A stretch of DNA of 64,000 bases from Candidatus Altimarinota bacterium (GCA_039809385.1 JBDHUY010000004.1:71298-135297), one strand, 5' to 3'. Counted from the first letter of the stretch, positions 19,679 to 29,572 are shown. Made by a program: numbers and translations. Notes: generated by a model not told the origin, from the sequence alone.

Positions 19679-20380
19679 ATGAATATCAGCATCCAACGCG
19701 TTTACGATACTTCTACAAAAAATGAAGGCGAGCGGTGGCTGGTCGACCGTCTCTGGCCGCGGGGTATTAGCAAGACTGACCTTCAGCTGGATGGCTGGCT
19801 TCGCGAGCTGACGCCATCTGACGAGTTGAGAAAATGGGCACATGCCGACAAGTCGGCCCGTCATGAGGAGTTTGTGCGCAAATATCGTCTGGAACTGGAA
19901 GCGAACAAAGAGCTTGCCCAGAAACTCTTGAAGGGAAAGAAGTCTCTCGTCCTTCTCACGGCGGTAAAAGATATCGAGCATTCGCATGTGCCGCTACTGG
20001 CCGATTTTTTGCAGAGACTATCGAACTTTCCGAAACCGCTATATCCGATTCAGTGCCATCTCTGGACAAACGAAGTGGTAACGGAAAATGATCTTTCTGC
20101 TCTTGCCGTATGTAAAGTCTTGACCGATGAATCTCATTTTATTGTAAGTATCAAGGCATGTCAGGTCTGTGGCCAACTGTACCTTTACGTATTTTACGAG
20201 GAGATCGATTGGGAAAAAGGCGAGGATCCGCAGTATCGAAGTTTATTTCCGGTGCAAACGATCGAGGAAGGCGAGATGCTGAGCCAAAAACATTATCTCG
20301 AACTCCTCTCCTATTCCCCGCGTCTCGAGTGGAATTTTACCGACATCAAAACAGCTCCGACCTGGATTGGGAGGCCTTAA
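19679..20380 (+). CDS. DUF488 domain fused to an unknown Cys/His-containing domain
   Basis: RVYD, LVDRLWPRG and PSDELRKW in the N-half; C-half has CHLW, ESHF, CQVCG and DPQY. Confidence 0.8.
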   Translation: MNISIQRVYDTSTKNEGERWLVDRLWPRGISKTDLQLDGWLRELTPSDELRKWAHADKSARHEEFVRKYRLELEANKELAQKLLKGKKSLVLLTAVKDIEHSHVPLLADFLQRLSNFPKPLYPIQCHLWTNEVVTENDLSALAVCKVLTDESHFIVSIKACQVCGQLYLYVFYEEIDWEKGEDPQYRSLFPVQTIEEGEMLSQKHYLELLSYSPRLEWNFTDIKTAPTWIGRP

Positions 20381-20685
20381 CTTCACAAAGCGTAATTCTT
20401 GCAGATCTGCGGTTTTTTTACGCAGCCTTTTTATCGGGCTTTTCCTGGTCATCGCTGCGAGCGACCAGGCCGTAGACGGCAAACATGGGTGCTGATTTCC
20501 CGTAAGGTATAGCTGTTTTGTACGCCTGGCCCTTGAGGTATCTGGTATATATTTCGTTATATTTTTAAAAAATATTGCTTTTTTTGGGCAAGTGATTATT
20601 CTCGTTTATCCTTTTTTTGGTGCTAATATTAAAAAAAGATAAATTTTTCTGACAAAAAATACTATCACTTCAAAATTCCTTCTCA

Positions 20686-22124
20686 ATGAACCAGCCGGCT
20701 ACGCAATCAGAACTGAGCCAATCAGAGCTGCATATCCTCGATTCGTTTCCAACATCGGCGGTTGTATTTGATGATTCTAACGGTGATATTCTCTATACTA
20801 ATACTTCTGCTCGTACCTTATTCGGTCTCGAGGCGATGTCGTAGTTGGAAACAATACTGCAGTGTTACCGTGATCAGATTTTTAAACTTACTTCAGGCCA
20901 ATCGATGGGGCCTTTTTCACAAACAGATCTCGTCCCACGTTCACCCGCATATCCGGAGGGCCTACGGTATCTAAACCATAGGTTTCATCGCTTGGAAAAA
21001 GATACGAATGGGTCGAGGGGTAATTTGGTGATTTTGTATACCGAGGATCTGACCCCGGCTAAAGTCGCTGCAAATGAGGCTGCTCTTGAGGCTCAATGGA
21101 CGATGTTCAGACGTTTGACGAAAATCTTTTCGCATAATATGAACAATATGTTGGGGGCGCTGGCAGGACGTCTCAAAAACGTTATGGAATTGCTGCCTGA
21201 CGAGCCAGGTTTACTACAATCAATCTCTTTACCTTTGAATGAATTGATTCAGTATATTCGTAAACTGAATCAAGTAGTATCTTTGGATAATCTTCCCCAG
21301 AGTCCTTCAAACCTGACAGGATTTCTCGATATGTTTCTTGCTCCTCCCCACTGATTCATTCCATAAGGAAAAACAACGTAGTAGAATTTTCTGTAGAGAA
21401 AAATCACCTTCCGTCCCTGATGCTTAGTCGAATAAATTGGTCTCAATTGGAGTATGTTTTGTCGGAATTGATCAAAAATGCATATGAATCTTTACAACAG
21501 CCATCTCTTACTTTTAAGCCCGATAAAAAAATTACTCTTAGGGTAGGTATATCCGAATCATCGGTCGAAATATCCGTGATTGACAATGGAATTCGATTAC
21601 CTCAGTCGGGTAACTACTTACAATTTTTCACCTCGGAAAAAGCTTCAGTCCGCGGTCATGGTCTGGGGCTTCCTATTGTACAACGGCTTGTTGCTCAAAT
21701 GGGTGGAACATTTGTTCTTGGCCAGTCCCCATCCGGCGAGAAAACAGCAACCGTCACGCTCCCCATTGATCGCATAGAGAATATTTCCATCGAACAGATG
21801 CGCAGATCTCTCACTGTTGAGACTTTTAGTTTTGATGGCAATTCTTCGGACGGTCTTATGGGACAAATCGAGCAATCCTCAAAAGATATCATAGTCATAA
21901 CATTCCCACCCGAAAAATATGTAAAGCGGCTGTTAGAACTGACGAAACCAAAAGTTGTTGTGACGAATCTTCTATTATTGCATTCGCATCCCGATTGCCT
22001 CGTTATTTCGAAAGACGATATTGTGTGGATATCTAAACTGAATTATGTAGTTGATGATAAGATCATTCAGCTATATTTAAATTCTTCTGCAGATACGAGT
22101 ACAGTAGCTAGAAAAATTGCGTAA
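20686..22124 (+). pseudogene. Disrupted PAS-domain sensor histidine kinase
   Basis: ATG 20686 opens a PAS-like segment; in-frame TAG at 20842-20844; H-box FSHNMNNML; frameshift near 21310-21350; HATPase boxes ELIKNA, DNG and GHGLGL in the next frame. Confidence 0.75.
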
Positions 22125-22282
22125 CAATGGCTGTTCGTAATGTAGCAATGTGCTGGTAGAAAGTTGTTAAGGTTCTTTTGGTTTTTCGAATATAAAATCC
22201 CACCAGATTGCCTTGTTTTCTCCCGCAGTGTTGTATAATAAACGCATTCGTGTTTTTATTTATTCTTCCTTTGTTAAATTGT

Positions 22283-23014
22283 ATGAAAAAGAACACTTTG
22301 CTGATTGCTCTGGGAATTTTGTTCCTCCTGACCTCCTGCCAAACGTCCCAGCCGAATAATCCTGCGCTCGTTCCGGCGACTCCCACGGGTACGAATAGAA
22401 ATGCTGTCTCCAATGCGAATAAGAATGTATTGTCACAGAATGCCAATCAAGTCGTTTCCAACCCGAATGTCAATATAGCTCCGGCTATCGCAGATTTGGA
22501 AAACCAGCCGACGCCCGAAGTGAAAAAAGTAGAGCGGGCGGAGGAAAAGGCCAAGCCTGCTACAACCACCACGAAGCTCTATTCCGGAGCCTGGTTTGAC
22601 ATCTCGTATCCGGACGATTTCGTAGCTCGCCCGACGACTCCCTTGCAAGACGGTACCGATACGGTTGATACCGATGAGGCTTTCTTTGCTTCTCCCGACG
22701 ACGCTGTGGAATTTTTTGTCTATTCGCCGCTGTGGGGCGGGGATCCGCAGAATTATCTGACGGCTCAACCGAATGAAAAAATAGTGAGCGAGAAAACGGA
22801 TGAAAAAGGGGAGGGAGAAGAAAAGGATGTGACGCGGTGGGTGACGTTCCAGGCGACCGACAGCTCGTATATGCGTTCCTACGTCTCGTCGAAGTATAAC
22901 AACGGCGAACTGCACCACGTATTTGGAATCAAGTACAAGGACGCGGCGGCCTATGAAAAATACAAAGCGGTCTATGCGGCTTTTAAAGGTTCTCTGACCC
23001 AGTATGCGGATTAG
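22283..23014 (+). CDS. Hypothetical lipoprotein
   Basis: MKK plus hydrophobic stretch and lipobox LTSC; Asn/Pro-rich linker; WFDISYP domain. Confidence 0.75.
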   Translation: MKKNTLLIALGILFLLTSCQTSQPNNPALVPATPTGTNRNAVSNANKNVLSQNANQVVSNPNVNIAPAIADLENQPTPEVKKVERAEEKAKPATTTTKLYSGAWFDISYPDDFVARPTTPLQDGTDTVDTDEAFFASPDDAVEFFVYSPLWGGDPQNYLTAQPNEKIVSEKTDEKGEGEEKDVTRWVTFQATDSSYMRSYVSSKYNNGELHHVFGIKYKDAAAYEKYKAVYAAFKGSLTQYAD

Positions 23015-23016
23015 TC

Positions 23017-23262
23017 CTACACACCGCCCCGGGCATCGATCTTGTATACCACGATGGTGTAGGCTTTTACGCTCAATGTTATGCGGTGTTCCCCAATGCG
23101 GAATCGGTGCGTTGCCGGAAGCATATTTGTTAATGTCTTGGCAAAAAGCAATGGCTTCTCTTGAAGTAAAAACCACATCAGTTTTTTGGTGACGCGCTCC
23201 ATATCTTTGCGGGGCAGCTTTTGTAATTCATGCTCAGCGTTCCGGGGCAGCTCAAGCTTCAT
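23017..23262 (-). CDS. RelE/ParE-family toxin, probably C-terminally truncated
   Basis: ELQKL, HRFRIGEHRI and KID.R motifs; ends GTG TAG GAC TAA where V-Y would be expected. Confidence 0.75.
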   Translation of the reverse strand: MKLELPRNAEHELQKLPRKDMERVTKKLMWFLLQEKPLLFAKTLTNMLPATHRFRIGEHRITLSVKAYTIVVYKIDARGGV

Positions 23263-23542
23263 GGATATTGGATGGTATATTTTTTCATAAAATTTGTCAA
23301 AGATACTTTTCGGCCCTTTTTGAATTGTTTGGCTGCTTCCTGAATGTCCGTGTGGTACTCATCGGTTAGATGTCGTGCGGATCCCCAGCCTCCAATACAA
23401 AGGGGATCTTCCGTTCCCGGGTGACGGTTTTGAGAAATATTTCGAATGCGGTAGTGACGTCGAGTCCGATATCTTCGAGGACTTCGCGGGCCCGGTCGCG
23501 ATAGGCGCGGCTAATGCGTGCTTGTACGAGTACTTTGGTCAT
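23259..23542 (-). pseudogene. RelB/DinJ-family antitoxin, frameshifted
   Basis: MTKVLVQARI...VLEDIGLDVTTAFEIFL...KIPF stops at TAA 23366; a shifted frame continues to a TGA at 23259 that overlaps the toxin ATG; total span 284 nt (one base short of a multiple of 3). Confidence 0.75.
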
Positions 23543-23674
23543 AATTTGTTATATAATATCCGGATCAAGTTATTCATTGTATTCTCAATAAAAATGTCAG
23601 TTGCTTTACAATAGTGAAGTTCTTGATACCATAAACGTAGAGTAGATTTTCCTAAGAGCAAGCACAATATACGT

Positions 23675-24139
23675 ATGCACAATAATGATTTTGATCAACG
23701 TTTACAAATCGCGCTCCAATCCGGGGATAATATCGGGGCATGTATCCGGGTAGGGTGGCAGAACCGCTTTTTGTTACTCAGGCGTTCGGTTTCCGATCAG
23801 GCTTCCGGGATCTATGAGCTTCCGGGCGGCGAGGTTGATCCGGGCGAGGGGGTGACTCAGGCGGCGGTACGTGAGTTATTTGAGGAGTCCGGAATTAGGG
23901 TGTTGCCGGAAAATCTTGAACCTCTGGGGATTTTTGATTTTCATAACGAAGAGACCGGCAAACATAAGACCAAGTTTGCTTTTTCTGTAACGTTCAACGA
24001 AAAGCCGGAGGTCCGGTTAAGTCCGGATCACGACGATTTTGTGTTTCTTACCCGCGAGGAAATTGAAGCGCTGCCGCGACAGGGGAAACAAGAGGGGTAT
24101 GTGTTGTGGGAGGATCATTATCGGATGCTGATGAGTTAG
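23675..24139 (+). CDS. NUDIX hydrolase
   Basis: Nudix box GGEVDPGE...AAVRELFEESGI. Confidence 0.93.
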   Translation: MHNNDFDQRLQIALQSGDNIGACIRVGWQNRFLLLRRSVSDQASGIYELPGGEVDPGEGVTQAAVRELFEESGIRVLPENLEPLGIFDFHNEETGKHKTKFAFSVTFNEKPEVRLSPDHDDFVFLTREEIEALPRQGKQEGYVLWEDHYRMLMS

Positions 24140-24157
24140 CGGTATTCTTCTTCCGGT

Positions 24158-24259
24158 AGGTGCCCTAATCTATCGGGTGAAAGCCCGATTCTTCTTGTAC
24201 GAGCAGTCAACGCAAAGCAACAGGATATGCTCCGGACAGCGAGATTCTGAAACGTACCT
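24158..24259 (+). ncRNA. Candidate structured RNA (possible group II intron domain I-like remnant)
   Basis: Closing stem AGGTGC/GTACCT; GAAA-capped hairpin ATCGGGT/GCCCGAT; long imperfect stem 24190-24205 with 24228-24244. Confidence 0.35.
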
Positions 24260-24350
24260 GAAATTATAGCATATACAAAAAAACAACTATCTCCTGTTGA
24301 CGTTTGTATGTTTTTGATTATAATCCGGTACTTACCATGTAATCTACCCT

Positions 24351-25040
24351 ATGGGATTCAACAACATCGGTCGCGTTCTCACTACCAATGCTGTAGAAAT
24401 CGATACCGAGAGAGTAACGAAAAAATTCAACGACTTTGCACTGTCGATGTTATGGGGTTTTCTGGAACGAAAACCGTATCTTTCGGCACGATTCAGATAC
24501 CAACGTGAGAAAAAGCTCGTAACAAAATTTCAGAATAAACCAGATCTGACAACACCGACGCTTTTGGAGGCGGACGACAACGAACTGATTTTGATCTTTC
24601 GGACACTCGGTCTGACAGATCTGGTTCGGGTATTCCAAGATCCGGACGTTCCTACGGATGATAAACTTCTATACTTGCAATTGGCACTGCAACAACTGCA
24701 TGCAATTCATAACCTGAATGAAACCCATGGGGATCCTTACTTAAAAAACTTTTTTCTTCTAGACGAGACCAAAGACATATATACCTGCGACTTTGAGTAT
24801 CAGCGTACCGGTCCGGATCCGGCGGTTACCGATGTTTTGATTCTGACGGCCAATGCTATTCACGCTCTTTGTCAAGAATTTCCGGGCATCTCGGGCGCGG
24901 TACTGGCTAGTGTCAACGAGATCTATGGGCACGAATTGTGGTTTCCGTTTGATATCCGGGACAGGATTTTCTTTTCGTTGCGGTTTGGTATGGGGAATGA
25001 GTTTTATACACATTTTGGCAAGAAGCGAACTTTCGGATAG
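24351..25040 (+). CDS. Protein kinase-like fold protein (Kdo/RIO/APH-like)
   Basis: LHAIH...HGDPYLKNF catalytic loop and CDFE metal-binding motif. Confidence 0.7.
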   Translation: MGFNNIGRVLTTNAVEIDTERVTKKFNDFALSMLWGFLERKPYLSARFRYQREKKLVTKFQNKPDLTTPTLLEADDNELILIFRTLGLTDLVRVFQDPDVPTDDKLLYLQLALQQLHAIHNLNETHGDPYLKNFFLLDETKDIYTCDFEYQRTGPDPAVTDVLILTANAIHALCQEFPGISGAVLASVNEIYGHELWFPFDIRDRIFFSLRFGMGNEFYTHFGKKRTFG

Positions 25041-25427
25041 TCGTGGAAATGGTTTTTTGTAAGGAGAATTGCATTATTCTAATCTTGATGGGGAGATATC
25101 CAGGCCTGCTCGACGGGGAGCGTGGTTATTGGTCTTTTGCTTGATCTGGGAGATTTTAGTTGTCTTGTAAGACATCCGGTGCTCGGTACATATTTGTTTA
25201 ACTGGATCCGGGAACAGGTCGGAAGAGTTTTTTTATGCTTAATCAAAACAGGAGGTTGAGGGGCGTGGTGGGGGATCGTAGTCATGTTGATGCTTTAAGT
25301 AGAAGTGGCTAAGTTTGTTTTGAAAATGTTCTTTTGATAGAATTCTTCTAAACAATCTTTCATTATTCTTGAAATTGTAAGTCGTAAAGAGTCATTAAAT
25401 TTCATTTATTTGATTGAATCAAAAAAT

Positions 25428-27461
25428 ATGCAAGCTCAATCCTTGCCAATGTACCAATTTTTAGAAGGCTCAGGAAAAAGTTTCATTATACCAGTGTATC
25501 AGAGAGATTACGCATGGACTCGAGTAAACTGCCAGAAACTCTGGGAAGACCTGGTTGATTTGAATAGCAATGCAAGAATCGATCATTTTCTAGGGACAAT
25601 CGTAACTATTGGTAGCGGTTTTCAGGAATATACCGTAATTGATGGACAACAGAGATTAACTACTGTGTCTCTACTTTTAATTGCACTGCATACGTATTTG
25701 AAGCATAGAAATAACGCAAACCACGACGAAAAACTTCTAGAAGATCAGCTTCTGGATTTTTTGATTAACAAGTATTCATCGGAAGAAGATCAAAAGATCA
25801 GATTAAAGCCAAACAAACAAGACAGAGAGCATTTCGAAAGCCTTTTTACTAATCGTGATCTAGGTCATGGTAGCTCGAATATTATCAGTAATTATAACTT
25901 TTTCTCTGACAAAGTATCTTCCGGACAACTCACTCCCAGAGAGATATTTGATGCCTTTCAACGGTTAAAAATTGTTTTAATAGATCTCGTCAGAGGACAA
26001 GATGATCCCCAATTGATTTTTGAAAGCTTAAACTCAACTGGAGTAGATCTTACAGCGGGAGATTTGATTCGCAATTATATTTTGATGGATTTGCCGCCCA
26101 ATGAACAAGAGAAATTGTACAGAACCTATTGGATCGATATAGAGGCATTGACAGGAAATGTGGCAGAGTTTGTCCGAAATTATTTGATTTTCAAACTTAA
26201 AATCTGGGTCAAAAAAGATAATGTCTATCCAGTCTTTAAGAACTTCTCACAGAATCAATTTCCAAATAAACAATCTATTCTAGATGAATTAGTATATTTT
26301 GCGAATATTTATAGCTGGCTCGTTCAGATTCAGGAGTATCCGGCTGTCTCCATTAATAAGCAACTCAATCGATTAAATAAGCTCGAATTTACTGTTTCCT
26401 ATCCATATTTAATGGATCTTTTTAATGATCTGAAATCGGGTGATTTGTCTGACGAAGCAGTTAAGGATACATTGACCCTCATTGAAAGTTATGCATTTAG
26501 AAAAATACTAGTAGATAATACGACGCAAGGATTAAATAAAATGTTTATAACGCTATCGAAAGAAATAAAAAAAGAGGAAGCATGGCGTGATCAGTACTTA
26601 GATGTTCTCAGTTTTATACTTCTCAATAAGATCGTTTCGCAAAGATTTCCAGATGACACGGAATTTGAGAATGCTTTGATTCATGAAGAAGTTTACAGAT
26701 TACAAGCCAAAAATAGAAACTTTCTGTTGGAATCATTGGAGAATTATCAATCAGCCTATCCTATAAATGTTGAAGAATTAACCGTAGAACATATTATGCC
26801 CCAGACTCTTACGAAAGAATGGAAAAACAAATTGGGAGAAAATTATCGTGAGATTCATAAAAAATACCTCCATACATTAGGCAACTTGAGTTTAACGGCA
26901 AAAAATCAAGAATTATCCAACAATTCTTTTGAAACAAAGCAAAAAATTGATTTTCAAACGAGTAGATTAATACTCAATTTAAAACTCGATGGATTGGATA
27001 CTTGGAGTGAAGAGAAGATCATTGAAAGAGCAAAAGATATGGCAAAAGATGCAAAAAGAATTTGGCCCTATCCGCATACTAAATATGAAAAAAAAATTGA
27101 TGAAGAGCACGTCTTTGATTTGACCAGTGAGGATAGTTTTAGTGGCAGTAAACCTTCATTTCTATTATTGGAAAGCGAAAGAATCGAATTGAAAAAATGG
27201 CGAGATTTATTGGCCTCTACCTGTAAGTTTTTATATAATTTTTCACCCACGCAATTTACTCAAATTCAACACAGCCCGGAATTTAAATGGCACTTTAACC
27301 TTGAAAAGCCACTAAAGAGCCCAATAGAATTTTTACCCGGGAAGTATGTGGAGGGGAATTTGAGTGCGAACGGCGTGATCTGGTTTCTCGCAGAGATTGC
27401 AGAAAGAATCAATTATCCTCCGGAGAATATTAGATTTTCGCTCCATATAAGGGAATTGTGA
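25428..27461 (+). CDS. GmrSD-like type IV restriction endonuclease (DUF262 + DUF1524 HNH)
   Basis: IPVYQRDYAW, IDGQQRLTT, IFESLNSTG, VEHIMPQ and LGNL...N motifs. Confidence 0.9.
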   Translation: MQAQSLPMYQFLEGSGKSFIIPVYQRDYAWTRVNCQKLWEDLVDLNSNARIDHFLGTIVTIGSGFQEYTVIDGQQRLTTVSLLLIALHTYLKHRNNANHDEKLLEDQLLDFLINKYSSEEDQKIRLKPNKQDREHFESLFTNRDLGHGSSNIISNYNFFSDKVSSGQLTPREIFDAFQRLKIVLIDLVRGQDDPQLIFESLNSTGVDLTAGDLIRNYILMDLPPNEQEKLYRTYWIDIEALTGNVAEFVRNYLIFKLKIWVKKDNVYPVFKNFSQNQFPNKQSILDELVYFANIYSWLVQIQEYPAVSINKQLNRLNKLEFTVSYPYLMDLFNDLKSGDLSDEAVKDTLTLIESYAFRKILVDNTTQGLNKMFITLSKEIKKEEAWRDQYLDVLSFILLNKIVSQRFPDDTEFENALIHEEVYRLQAKNRNFLLESLENYQSAYPINVEELTVEHIMPQTLTKEWKNKLGENYREIHKKYLHTLGNLSLTAKNQELSNNSFETKQKIDFQTSRLILNLKLDGLDTWSEEKIIERAKDMAKDAKRIWPYPHTKYEKKIDEEHVFDLTSEDSFSGSKPSFLLLESERIELKKWRDLLASTCKFLYNFSPTQFTQIQHSPEFKWHFNLEKPLKSPIEFLPGKYVEGNLSANGVIWFLAEIAERINYPPENIRFSLHIREL

Positions 27462-27472
27462 ATTGCTTATAT

Positions 27473-27633
27473 GCTGGAGCAATCGTTCCGATTGCTTCTC
27501 CCTTTTTTCGTAGTTTACTTTTAATCACATATAGGCAGGAAATTAACAAAAAGCACTGGTGCTCTTTGAATGTATGTTCTGAAAGAGGAAGTTATGAGAA
27601 ACGGGAAGAATCAGTCTACAAGACTGCTCCAGC
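27473..27633. mobile_element. MITE-like element, second copy (GCTGGAGCA...TGCTCCAGC)
   Basis: 9-bp perfect TIR; internal ttctcccttttttcgtag can pair with ttatgagaaacgggaagaa. Confidence 0.7.
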
Positions 27634-27686
27634 CACAATTTCCCAAGCTTACCGCCAGCCCTTCCACCAGCAAATATAAATTCCCT

Positions 27687-27732
27687 TTGACTTCCACTTC
27701 CTTATATTCTATCGTTCAACCGGTTAGTTGAA
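27687..27732 (+). promoter_or_regulatory. Sigma70-type promoter plus palindromic operator for the ArsR-family gene
   Basis: TTGACT-N17-TATCGT followed by TTCAAC-N6-GTTGAA (27715-27732). Confidence 0.6.
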
Positions 27733-27739
27733 TGAATTT

Positions 27740-28075
27740 ATGATTGAACACGCACTTCGCCTCGATTCCATCTTTGGCTGCCTGGCCGACGCTACCCGGC
27801 GGGATATATTGAAAAGAGTGGCGAATGAAGAATTGTCGGTTACCGAAGTCGCCAAACCGTACAAAAAACTCACCTTTGCCGCCATTTCCAAACATCTCAA
27901 AGTCCTGGAAAATGCCAAACTGGTCGTCAAACGCCGCCAGGGGAAACACCAGTTTGTGCGTCTGGCTCCGGCCAAACTCAAAGAGGCCAGCGAGTATCTG
28001 GAGTACTATAAAACCATGTGGGAAGACCGGCTGGATGCGCTGGAAGAATATTTGAAGTTGATAGCAAAAAAATAA
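27740..28075 (+). CDS. ArsR/SmtB family transcriptional regulator
   Basis: LADATRRDIL, ISKHLKVLE..LV, RQGK and W..RLD.L motifs. Confidence 0.92.
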   Translation: MIEHALRLDSIFGCLADATRRDILKRVANEELSVTEVAKPYKKLTFAAISKHLKVLENAKLVVKRRQGKHQFVRLAPAKLKEASEYLEYYKTMWEDRLDALEEYLKLIAKK

Positions 28076-28082
28076 TTAAACG

Positions 28083-28227
28083 GTCATTGCGAGGAAGCAC
28101 TTAGCCTCCTTGAAACCAAGAAAATCGCAAGACGAAGCAATCCCTGCCCCTCGTTGAGCCACGTACGAGATTGCTTCTCCTTCACCTCCGTACGCCGCGG
28201 CGGACTTCGGTTCAGGATCGCAATGAC
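28083..28227. mobile_element. REP/MITE-like element with GTCATTGCGA...TCGCAATGAC inverted ends
   Basis: 10-bp TIR plus internal inverted pair gaagcaatc/gattgcttc. Confidence 0.7.
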
Positions 28228-28279
28228 GAACTGATCATTAGACTTTAAGTTTTCTTCATTATTTCCTAACCCCTTTTCT

Positions 28280-28798
28280 ATGTCCGACAATGCAACCGCT
28301 ACCATGCCCGAGCTGGTGATCACCCGCACCTTTGACGCGCCGCGCGACCTGGTGTGGAAAGCGCTTTCTACCTCCGAGGCTTTGGGCCAGTGGTGGGGGC
28401 CGAAAGGTTTTGATATCAACGTGGCGAAATTCGAGTTTCGCCCCGACGGTGTGTTTCATTACAGTATGTTGCCTCCGGGTGGGGATGCCATCTGGGGTAA
28501 ATTTGTGTATAAAGAGATCGAGGAGCCGCACAAGATCGTCTTTGTCAACTCTTTTTCCGACGCGGAAGGCAATATTACGCCCAATCCCTGGCTGCCCAAG
28601 TGGCCGCTCGAAGTGCATAATACCCTGACCCTCGAAGAACAAGACGGAAAAACAGTGATAACCATCCGTGGCGGGCCGATCAATGCCACTCCTGAACAAC
28701 TGGAACTCTTTGCATCGATGCACCAATCAATGCAGGAAGGCTTCAAAGGCACGTGGGAGAAACTGGATACGTATCTGGCAAAGGAGCAAGGAAAATAG
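28280..28798 (+). CDS. SRPBCC/AHSA1 domain protein
   Basis: TRTFDAPRDLVW, WWGPKG and GTWEKL motifs; next to ArsR as is typical. Confidence 0.92.
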   Translation: MSDNATATMPELVITRTFDAPRDLVWKALSTSEALGQWWGPKGFDINVAKFEFRPDGVFHYSMLPPGGDAIWGKFVYKEIEEPHKIVFVNSFSDAEGNITPNPWLPKWPLEVHNTLTLEEQDGKTVITIRGGPINATPEQLELFASMHQSMQEGFKGTWEKLDTYLAKEQGK

Positions 28799-28823
28799 TA
28801 GCTATGAAGTTCTGTGATTCCTC

Positions 28824-29572
28824 GTTCCATGTTGTACATGGAACTCCCGTGTCTGGCACATAAACAAGGTCTTTGCCCGGAACATCGAGGTTCCAGATAC
28901 AATCTGGAACCAGAGAGTGGGAATAGAGAGAAGTCGGTAATTTTTCTGATATTGATTGTTACATGAAATACGAAGGAGCAGTCTGCAAGCCTGCCCCAGC
29001 CGTCGAGTGAAAATAAAATAGTTTTGACATTTGAGCTTTGAGTTTTGCATTTTAAACTGGCATAATACTCGTGTTTTGCACATTTTATTCTATTACCTCA
29101 TTCTTCCCATGGACTACAACCCCGTAGGCTGGTTTGAGATTCCCGCGCGGGATATTGAGCGAGCCCAAAAGTTTTATGAAAGTCTCTTTCATATCGAAAT
29201 GAAACGGCAGGATATTCCCGACTACGAGATGGTGTGGTTTCCCTACGATGAGAATGCCAAGGGAGCCAGCGGCGCCCTGATGAAGGGAATGGGATATGAA
29301 CCCTATCCGGGCGGGCCGGTGATCTATTTTACCTGCCCCGATATCGATGGTACGCTCGAACGTGTTCCGGGGTTGGGCGGAAAAGTCATGCTGCCCAAAA
29401 AAGATATCGGCGAGTACGGCTATATTGCCTGGCTGGAGGACAGCGAGGGCAATACGATCGCTTTGCATACGGCTAAAAAATAAAGAATATAATCTAGTTC
29501 CAGATTATATCTGGAACTTCGATGTTCTACTCGTTCGCGGTTGACAGATAGGTTCCAAGTGCAACTTGGAAC
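28824..29572. repeat. Four GTTCCA-N9-TGGAAC palindromes, two forming a 31-bp inverted repeat around a VOC gene
   Basis: Copies at 28824, 28890, 29497 and 29552; 28880-28910 vs reverse complement of 29497-29527 differ at 2 positions. Confidence 0.85.
29109..29483 (+). CDS. VOC/glyoxalase family protein
   Basis: WFEIP..D..RA..FY and DSEGN.IALH motifs. Confidence 0.9.
   Translation: MDYNPVGWFEIPARDIERAQKFYESLFHIEMKRQDIPDYEMVWFPYDENAKGASGALMKGMGYEPYPGGPVIYFTCPDIDGTLERVPGLGGKVMLPKKDIGEYGYIAWLEDSEGNTIALHTAKK

Noticed and set aside
20419-20560. Minus-strand frame ending ...DDQEKPDKKAA* suggested a tmRNA tag
   Set aside because: No tRNA-like ends or T-loop nearby; more likely a gene remnant
20842-20844. 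In-frame TAG as stop-codon recoding, or TGA=Gly (code 25)
   Set aside because: Many intact genes end at TAG or TGA at expected lengths, and the same gene also has a frameshift
24201-24240. ACGCAAAGC as a c-di-GMP-I riboswitch
   Set aside because: The GNRA hairpin is not adjacent as required and the upstream GGCAAAC element is absent
24128-24253. CTGATGAG...GAAAC as a hammerhead ribozyme core
   Set aside because: CTGATGAG is the last codons of the NUDIX gene; no proper stem II closing pair or stems I/III
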